64,000 bases of DNA, from positions 558,001-622,000 of the forward strand of contig JAQGDQ010000045.1 of assembly GCA_030141605.1 (NCBI GenBank), written 5' to 3'. Made by a program: the position numbers and the translations under genes. Shown one piece after another: positions 55,101 through 64,000 of this stretch (positions are counted from its first letter, which is position 1; each line of letters starts with the position of its first letter). The DNA is from Tubiluchus corallicola (taxonomy: Eukaryota; Animalia; Priapulida). The notes under the pieces were generated by a model, which did no database searches, was not told the DNA's origin, and saw nothing but the letters and a program-made list of their open reading frames with translations.

Positions 55101-58100
55101 TATATTTGGCCTCGCATTTTCAATCATTCTAAAGGATTTGTGTGATTTTTACTTGCGTCTGAATATCTTAAAACATTTATTTGATTTGTAGTGTAACAAC
55201 TGCGATCGTTTTTTTGACACCATTGTTGCTATGACAATCCACAGTAGGGTACATGCCCATCAACATAAGCACAACAAATTAGTCAGCAGCAAAGGTGCTC
55301 GTAAGCTCACTGATCTAAGCAAGAATGGAGAATCGTCATCTCAGAAGACTGAACCCAGAGACTCCAATGCGAAGACTCGTAGAAGTTTAAGACGTGTACT
55401 AGTGCCGCGCAGATATGATGATTATGACGTTGATTTGCAAGGTATTTGCTGTCAGCTGTTTTTGCTATAAATTACATGTTTACACTTTTGCTATTCCCTG
55501 GAAATATTTCCCAAAGATAAAGATGTACCATAGTAGTAATGATGAGGCAATAGATGGGCTTATGTTTCAATTTCTTATTTACAAGCACAAATATTTGTGT
55601 AAAATCAAATATGTATCACCATTCTTAAATAACTGTTGTTCACTTATTAATTTAAACAGTGAAGCGAGAAGATCAAGTTGGCAATGAGCTAAAGCAACAT
55701 GATATATCAACTGGTGAGTGTTCGCTGGGACCAGACTGCAATTTTGAAGCCGCTTATGTCTTGTCTTCTACTGATAATGTTGCTAAAAAGCTTCAGGCTT
55801 CTACAAAAATAACTTATTTGCCTGAAGGAAATGGAAAAGTGGCCCATGCTGGACAGTCGGATAATGTTGCTAAAACTACTGAATCTAGGTAAGATATTCT
55901 TTTTGTCAAACAATAAGCATTATTTAATATAATAGTCCATAAGAAGTCTGAAATTGGTAGACTGATTGGACTTTGGATGAAATTAATTAATGTGAGATTG
56001 AATGACTTTTGTTACTTGTCCTTATGTTAAGAAGCCCCATAAAATTGAAAACTTGATTTGTTAGGACTTCATGTTGATTTAGCATCGATGTGATTCCCAC
56101 TGAAGCACGTAAAAAAATTCAGTTTTAACTTCAGTTTGATTGGTATTGCAGTACTCCTTTATTTCATAATTAAATATTACTTTACTTTTAGCGAGTGTTG
56201 CCAAAACGGAAACTAGCTTTACTACGTCCATTCAAGTGTGAACGCTGTCCATCTACCTATATGAGTTCTCAGGAAGAAGTAACTGCACACATGTTATGTC
56301 ATGTTGATGGTTTGTAAGATTGCCTTTTGATTGTGGTGATGTTTACTGCTGTAAACATTAGACATCCATAGTTTAAGTTAAAACTGGCAATTTCTGTTAT
56401 TTAGATAGCTGAACATACTGTGTTATCTTTTTTTATATAATAATGAGATTATCTTTATTTTACACATTTCTTTTTAAACTGTTTTGAAACTGCATGTGTT
56501 GTTGTGTTTCGTGGTTCTCTAGACAATTTTTATAGGAATGAATATGTATCTTAAGCTGCTTAAGTGCTTAAGCTGTGATTAGACAATTACAAAATCATTT
56601 CGGTTTTTTAAATTGTTAAGTCAGGATAAAAACTTGGTAACATGAGAAAAAACTCAAAACTGAACTAGTCTTCATATTTTATTTGAAAATTGACATGTTA
56701 CAGGCGAAAAGTGGATGAAGTGTCCATTTTGTGAAGTGACACGACCTACTTGGGCACATATGGCGAGACACCTAGGTGTTCATGGAAAACGCAACTTTGA
56801 CAGAAATCTACCTCTATATCAAACTAAGTATGTAGTTAGTTAAGTAACTTCTCAAATTTTACTGCTATTTCTGCAATTACACAAGCAATTCAAACTTTAT
56901 AACAATAAGATAATTAATGTAAATAAAAGCAGCATTGGTTTATTTGTTTGTTAGCTCAGGATTGCAGGATTTTTTACAAATAGGACCTGCCCTAGAGTAC
57001 GAATGTGCATTTAACCTGACTAGGCAAGTACTAAACGCACTCCGCATAGTATTGCTCATCACTAGCTCTTAACTGTGTCATTATAGGTCAAACATGGACT
57101 TATTTGAAAACATTAACTAAAACTGGTTAATTTCTGTTATTGTACAGTTGTGTGGAGTGTGGTAAAGTGTTTCCCTCTAAAGGAGAGATGAACAAGCACT
57201 ACAAACTAAAACATAAAAGCCCTCTTTTATCTTGCCAGTATTGCAATGCTGGCTTTCACTATCGAAGGAACCTTAATTGTCACATTGAGGCAAAACACCT
57301 GGGCAGGGTTTTAAGGTAAGTTAAAGTTTTTTGAAGTATGAACTAGATGCTGCACTGTAGTGATTTTTGCATCCAATTTTATAGAAAATTTGAAAAGCCA
57401 TTTTATTTATAGCATTTCTCAGTTCAAAGTGCTTATAATTATCAAAATATTGTGAAGTGAAGAAATGTGTCACCTCAAAATATTATGGAACTTTCAATAT
57501 CTCTGATTACTTTTTCTTGCTTCTTCATTCAGTAATAGAAATTTAACATGTTAATGGAAATTAAAGGTTGTTGATTTGTCACCCCAATTTTATTCCTAAA
57601 AAATGTTGCATAAATTTGTTTTACATGTCCTGCTCACTGCTCTATAAATAAATGCAGTCTGTTTTTGCATACCAGTGAAATTCAATTTTGATCTAAGAGC
57701 AAATGGAGCCCGAACATGAACAAAATCACTATTTTTGGTGGATTTTCAATTTAAAACCAATAAAAAAATTGAGGTGCATATGTATATTTGCTAACAGTGC
57801 TATTTAAGACTGAACTACTCTAGTTGTTAGCATACATGTGACTTTATCTATATGAAATTTATGTGTAAACTAGCTTTAAATCAATTTTCATTCCCAATAA
57901 AATATTGATTAGGAAAGAAAATTGATATTGAGCATTTTGGCTTTCACTCTGCCAGATGCCTTGAGAGAATCTGAAATTTAATTTAATTTTTAATTAATGC
58001 TACCCAAACACCATAGTATGTTGTGGAAATGATATTTCTACGCATTTTACTAAACACTTACTCAATTGTAAGTTTAACACAGAGTATAAATTAAATTTAT

Positions 58101-60804
58101 ATTTATATGCAAGTGGGTTTTTTGCCAGTAGGCTTATTGTTGATTTCTGACTTATTACATTCCAAAAACACCACGTCAAACACAATGAAAGTCCTCTAGC
58201 TGCTGATGAAGATGAAATAATACAGTATACAAATCGGTTCTTTCTGAATTAACACGTAGAATTTGTCTGACATTAATTGAACATATGTTTACTTTCAATT
58301 TGAATTTCAATTTGAGTTTCACTTTGAAAATCATAACTTCGAGAGGACTTTGTTGATGTTAAGGATCTCAGATTAATTATTTTGTCAAGATCTTATATGT
58401 ATTCAACAACTTTTGCTCATCATTTTTAAGAGGATTTTCAAACAAAAAAGCTTTATAGAATTTAAACAAATTTATTTTATCTTTTAGGTGTGAGTTTTGC
58501 AGTTTTCGAACAAAAATTAGTAAAATGATGGAGAGGCATATGAGAGTCCACAAGGTCAGTATGTGTTGTAAACACTGCAGGTTCTAGTAAGAAATGGAAT
58601 TATATACTGAAAATTATTTAATCTGTTCGCATAAATGATTCGAAGAAGACAGTTGTGTTCATTTTAGTTGTTATTTTTGCTAGTAAGAGAATGTGTTGAT
58701 GTTAAGAAAAATGAGCAGCCTGTGTACTTAAAAATGGTTTCAAAACAAAAAGTGTAACAGATACTCTTCAAGAATACGCTTCAACCAAAATAAGAGAACC
58801 ATTGTGGCAACAAATAAAATTTTGTAACTGGAGTGAGGGAAGAGCAGGATAGGAACAATTTGTACTTAGTACAAGTTAACAAACACCAAGTTTGTTAGCA
58901 AGTCAGTGGGTGACCATCAGGTCATTTTGGCTTATTTGTTTATCGTATAACCCGGCAATTTACCTTGCTGAGAGAATACTTCTTGTATGTGCATCCAAAT
59001 TTAGGTAAGACACTTTTGCCGTTGCCGTTTCTTTGTCTTATCATGAAAAATTATCCTTCGTGAGTTAGATTTTTGCCCCTCCATTACTGTTTACATCATC
59101 AAGACCAGAGTCTGTCACACGTCACAACAAGCTCCATATTAATATTAATAATAATAATAATAATAATAATTTCGTTTAGAATATAGTTTTGGGATTCCTT
59201 AAGTAACTCGATACTTATTTCCAAGGTGGTCCCAATTATTAGTATCCTCATGTTACTTCAATATACCTACGTGCTTGGTCGAAGAATCAGCAGTACCATT
59301 TTTTAAATATTTGGTATGATTCGATCTGGAGGTGAACTCGCGACCTTCCCGGTGGAAGGCGAGCACGCAACCATTGAGCTATGCTATCCAGTGATAAACA
59401 CTTAAACATTTAAGTAGGGTATAACACTGAGTGTGATATTATAATTTGTAGAGTGCCAAAATGTATAAAAAAGCAACAAATCAGCCTGTATACAAAATTT
59501 AGTATTGTTTTGCATTGGCACTGAGCAGTGATTTACTACTTTATAAAGTCTTGTAAGCGACTAAGTGTTAGTGTGCTAATTGTGCTTTATTTCAGGGGGA
59601 AGGATTTGCCTGCTCACTTTGCTCAAAAGTCTATCCACTGCAGTCGGAACTCTCACAACACATGCGTCTTCACGATGACATGCACCTTATGTGTGATCAG
59701 TGTGGCCGCAGTTTCAAAACCAAAGGTACTCTAAGCGTCCACGTGGAGCGCCGACATAATCACCATCTCATGCAAAACTGCCCCTCCTGCTCCTACCAGG
59801 GACACCCAATTAACGTGAAAAAGCATTTCGAAAACGTGCATAATAAAATGTTCAAGTGTGTGCACTGTGACTATGGTACAAACAGTAAAAGTGCTCTAGA
59901 CAAACATCAAGAAACCCATGATATGGCTCGTCCATTAGAGTGTGACTATTGTGCTTACCGAGCCAAAGATGAGAAAACACTAGGCGATCATGTCAGAAAT
60001 AAACACACGGATGAGAGGCTTGTCAGACTATATGAATGTTCATACTGCCATAGAAAGTTCAAAACTAGATCTATGCTAAAGTTTCACATGCCAGTGCATA
60101 CAAATGTTAAGAAGTTTCGCTGCAACTTTTGTGATTATGCTTGCAAGTATCGACAAACATTGTATTATCACCTCAAAACTAAACACAACGAAGTGTCCAT
60201 ACGTCGTGGCAACTCATTGCTGAAAAAGAGCGAAGATTTAACAGATGGTACGGATAATTTCGTTACAGTGCTTAAACAACCTGCTAAAACCGCTTTTACT
60301 TCAGGCAATATAGAAGTGTGCAATTCAAGTGGACAAACCTTAATTCTGCAACTAGAGGATATAGTAGATGCTGTCGAACAAGATAAATCTACTGTTGTCA
60401 CTGATTCTAATGTTCATTTAAATCTTATAAATGAAAATTTACCTCTAGCACAATCTGTTACTCAGACTGTTGTGCTAAATCCTGACCAAACTCAACAGCA
60501 ACTGTACAATGTAGCTGATGCAACTCCTGGTGTTCGTGAAGAGGCCGTTTATCTGAAGTTTTCTGATATAAATGAACCAGGAGTGGTGCTGTCTAAAGAC
60601 CAGCTTCTCAGTTTAGCTCAGGGTTCAGAGACAATCAAATTAGAAGAACAGACATTCATTGTTGAAGGCGAAGAATTGGGAAGTGACCAGTCCACACAAG
60701 CTGTGGAGATTCTACAGCATTTGATGGCACTTCGGCAAATACCTGAAGAGAATGAACAAACTTCACACACAGTACAAAACACCTCAGAAATACAAGATGA
60801 GTAG
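49123..60804 (+). CDS. Integrase-derived domain plus C2H2 zinc-finger protein (~900 aa, 13 fingers). Coding exons 49123-49185, 51986-52143, 52602-52764, 53753-53914, 55192-55441, 55660-55888, [unresolved junction], 56192-56309, 56704-56827, 57148-57315, 58488-58554, 59596-60804
   Basis: Every junction except 55888->56192 is GT-AG and phase-compatible. Exons 1-4 translate to an rve-like integrase core (IWKN|VLVNVLGPF...NRYIAIATDQYSQWPE...R|YG...NWDVHI...EYRTT...SPFYMMFGR). Later exons give CxxC...HxxxH fingers (1,0,1,1,2,1,7 per exon) and an acidic/Q-rich C-terminal tail. An in-frame TAA at 49096 lies upstream of the ATG. Confidence 0.8.
49845..50529 (+). mobile_element. Non-autonomous hAT transposon with a transposase C-terminal remnant, in the first coding intron of the integrase-ZF gene
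   Basis: Perfect 8-bp TSD gccttatg (49837-49844 and 50530-50537) and imperfect TIRs cagaggcggat/atccgctatag. The internal peptide DKLNNLSLMHIESGMLKKMDFSEIITDFAPRKIRK* (~50155-50271) is typical of the hAT C-terminus. Confidence 0.88.
51986..53914 (+). other. Gypsy/Ginger-type integrase catalytic-core (rve) homology region, split over three exons, with DDE residues degenerate
   Basis: VLVNVLGPFSVTENDNRYIAIATDQYSQWPEEKVLSNCTALVLSKFILDLYFRYG matches the pattern VGIDLIGPLPxTxRGNKYILVxTDYFTKWVEAxPLxxKTAxxVAKFLxxLIxRFG. NWDVHIKSELLEYRTTSFHGSPSPFYMMFGR matches WDxxLxxVLFAYRTxxHxSTxxSPFxLMFGR. Confidence 0.85.
59146..59385 (-). mobile_element. tRNA-derived SINE with (TTA)n tail
   Basis: The minus strand reads agcatagctcaatgg (A box)...gagttcacctcc (B-box-like), then cataccaaatatttaaaaaatggtactgctg (resembles a conserved central SINE domain, MetaSINE-like from memory), and ends in a simple-repeat tail. 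Confidence 0.65.
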
Positions 60805-60971
60805 TAATTATGAATTATTTAAGAAGTTAACCATAACAATGATGTGATAATCAGTTTGGCCTAAAATGTTGTAAATGTGTTTATGTCAGGATGGCAAGAT
60901 TATCACTAGAACACTGGTGCTAACACACCATAAATACTTAAAAGAACAGCAAGCTTTATTTGATCTAAGGC

Positions 60972-61503
60972 TGTGGGTCCCTGGCGAGCTTCCTTAACGT
61001 GAGAATCTAACATTATCAGCACAGATAGACAAACGACCAATTAGCTATAAACTCAATATTATTTAACATAAGAAAAACACATTTGAGAAATAATAAACAA
61101 AATACATACTACAAATTATAGTTTAGCTACTGTCTTTAATTTTACCCGGGATTTTTAAGTGTACGACAAACACCATAAGCTGTACTTATCGTGAGTCTCT
61201 GTGTACATGTTGGCTAGCTAGCTTAACGTCGTCACTGTCGCTGTCGGCAGCGGCATGTACTGGAACAGTCTGACCGCAGGCTTCCCAAACTGTAACTTCA
61301 GGGTCAGACAATTAGGTGACATCAGGCGTGGCATTAACTCTATCAACTGAGGAATGCGCTGTATCTGAAGACACTGAAAGGAAGACCGACCATAGGCTGG
61401 TTCTCTGAGGACTACCAATAGTCCATTTCACGACCTGGTCTCCTCCACCATAAACGACAAAGTCTCTAGGGGCTTCCTAAATGACGGAGAGCCCAGGATC
61501 ACA
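60972..61503. mobile_element. Possible solo LTR (~530 bp) just downstream of the zinc-finger stop codon
   Basis: GC-richer block bounded by TGTG...CACA. The flanks aaggc and atgac match at only 3 of 5 positions. Confidence 0.3.
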
Positions 61504-64000
61504 ATGACTGAGAATAATCATTGTAGAAGTACTCTGTTTCTGCTTAGGAAATACCATTAATAAATGCAATATTATCCTTTAAACCAAGAATTGATAAAAC
61601 TCAAGTAGAGCAACCATATTGCAAAGCCACACTTTTTACACCCTGCTCTGTGGCAGCTGTGAATGTCCTATTTATCATCACTCAGGATTGGTGGTCAAAC
61701 TTGCCAAATAAGGAAGCACACCTGTCAAGTTCATGTCCCTGGTTTCTTCCTTTGATAAACAAAGTTGACAGTAGATGGCACTACTATACTAGCCTGAGAG
61801 ATAATAATTACATAGATAAACAAAATAAACTTTTCACTTAGCACTACAAAATTAAACTCATTGGCGCTACTCTGCTTCACTTAGCAAACTTAATTGTAGA
61901 AATTTAATTAGTACGATAAAATGAGAGCACTATTGTATAGGGCTGTCACAAATGACATACAGTTTATTGTCTTCGAGTGTGTGATATTAGGTGCTTATAT
62001 ATATAATATAATGTTGTGCATTCATTTACTTTCTTGTTTTGATAAAGAACTGTTCACAGTTCATACTAATATCATTTTCTTTTTACTATCTATTTGAATT
62101 TCATCCAATGTTTACTGCTAAACCCATGCTGGTAGTGGTGATCAAGCGAATTTTAAACTCAAGTTAGTATTTTTTCTTAGCTTGGTTCTGCTGCACTGAC
62201 CATAAGCAACAACCGGCCATCATTTTCTTGCATATTACATTTTTCAAAACAGAATTGCATGTTGAAAAGTATATGGTGCCTAACTGAATTGAAAAAAAAC
62301 AGTAAAAGGTATTTGACCTTTAAAATTAGATTCTAATCGAATTTTATCCTGTGGACCAAGCTTTTTCCTACTGTAGATTTTCCTCCAAGCTGTGGATTCA
62401 GTAGCCATTAGCCAGTACCTTTTCATATGCTCAATAGTATGATTATTTGTTTAGCTAAGTGGCCTCACTATTTTTTACCTTTTTGTCTGTTTTGAAAGTG
62501 TCTAATCTACTTGTGTGTCAAACGTCTAGCAAAATGTAACAAACTGTGCTTGATCATTTTTGTTCATCAATTGACTAACAATTCTATCATAAAGATAAAC
62601 CTAATCTGGATTTATCAAATGCCGACCTAAAATATATACCTTGTTTGCATTCAGACAGACAGTCATATCCAATACTGTTTTCAATATGCACTGTTTTGCC
62701 AAGTATATTTATCAGTACGTTAAACTAGTAGAATGTCTTTAATGCGGTCAGTCACGAAAACACTTCAATGAGCCATTGGTTTACCACCTTCACTAACACT
62801 AATTTAACGGAAATAATTGATCGCTTGTAAGCCTTAATTATCGTACAAGCAGATTGACACATAATCTGTTGTTGTCTTCTTAGTTCTTACTGTTTTTAAT
62901 TTTAGAGCATTAATTATTCTGTCAATTTTCTAGGCCACTGTGAATTTAATGATTCTTTCAATCTCAAATATATATTTGTAAGAGAGACCTTTTATCTTGA
63001 GACCAAATTTCCATAGATCAAAAATTACTTTACTGTGGCAAGAATGTTAGTAATACTGTATAGACAATCTAGTTTAGAAACTGTTGTTTTTCTGTTGTTA
63101 GGAACTATATGAAATTGCATTTTCATTTTTTGAAGTTTAGTTTAACATTTATATTATTTATATTATGTTGTATTCATATTAACATTGCCAAAAAGTTTAA
63201 CTTTTTGTCCCTTCACTGGCAGGTTTCATTCTTGTGAATTTCATTAACTGTGGAAATAATGACAGACTAGCTCATGTTTTTTATTATGCTATGCAAAATA
63301 CCACTTAATTTAGTAGTGGCAAGACTGCATAGCAGAGAAATGTTTTGTGCAAAAATTTCTGTGTGATATGTAATAGCCATTGTCTAGGTTAAGATTAAAA
63401 AGTTTGAGACTATGCCTGCTACAGGAGATATTTGTGCCTGATGGTTAAACAAGTCCAAGTTTTTCTGACTTAAACTAATTTTTCAAAAATCATGGCGTTT
63501 AATGCCCTAGGCAATACTGCTTAAAATAATAATAATATCAATAGCAATATATTAATACTACTACTAATAAAATAATAATAACATGATCCATAATTTGATT
63601 TTATATTTCATTTAATTTTCTGTGTATAAATTAATAAGGATTAGCTATGCATATTTTGTCAGTTAAGTTAAACATCGTGCAGGTGGAAACTTTCACGAGA
63701 GTCTTTGTATTAAGGCAAGCAGTTATCAGCAGTTACCATTCTTCAGATGCGGGGCTTAACTGGACTCTCTGCATCATGCCCTAATAACCATAATGTTAGA
63801 TATTGCATCTTGCCTTAACACAGAGATTTTTACGAAGGTTTGTCAATTGTTTAAAATTTTATTTGATAGTAACATTAGTACAGAAGATTTTTAATATATC
63901 CCTGGGATTAGTTTATATGGCACTAAATTGCAGTAGTCTTGCCAGTAGTTCTGGTACTTTTTTCTGCACTTTCTATCATCTCTCAAACTTCTGTTCAAAA

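Noticed and set aside
59662-60804. Stand-alone 380-aa zinc-finger gene
   Set aside because: The ATG lies inside a finger; the exon starts at the acceptor at 59596 and is the last exon of a larger gene.

Overview
AT-rich, intron-rich animal (invertebrate-like) genomic DNA with no prokaryotic features. Four spliced protein-coding genes can be rebuilt by hand from GT-AG boundaries: (1) a calbindin-32/Cbp53E-type EF-hand gene on the minus strand (six exons, 28189 down to 201, running off the left edge); (2) a NAT16/histidine N-acetyltransferase-like GNAT gene on plus (32972-35682), followed by a decayed tandem copy of its last exon; (3) an SLC10 sodium/bile-acid symporter on minus (43365-38034); (4) a plus-strand gene (49123-60804) whose first four coding exons, absent from the ORF track, encode an apparently catalytically dead Gypsy/Ginger-type integrase core spliced in frame to the first C2H2 zinc-finger exon of a 13-finger set (one later junction is unresolved). 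Introns and intergenic DNA hold many mobile-element remnants (hAT with 8-bp TSD, Helentron-like HINE, foldback elements, LINE fragments, a tRNA-SINE, possible solo LTRs) and microsatellites. The two stand-out observations are the domesticated integrase-zinc-finger fusion and an HDV-like ribozyme fold at 4029-4211, just downstream of a 74-bp hairpin tandem array. All family assignments come from motif recognition by eye; no searches were run.
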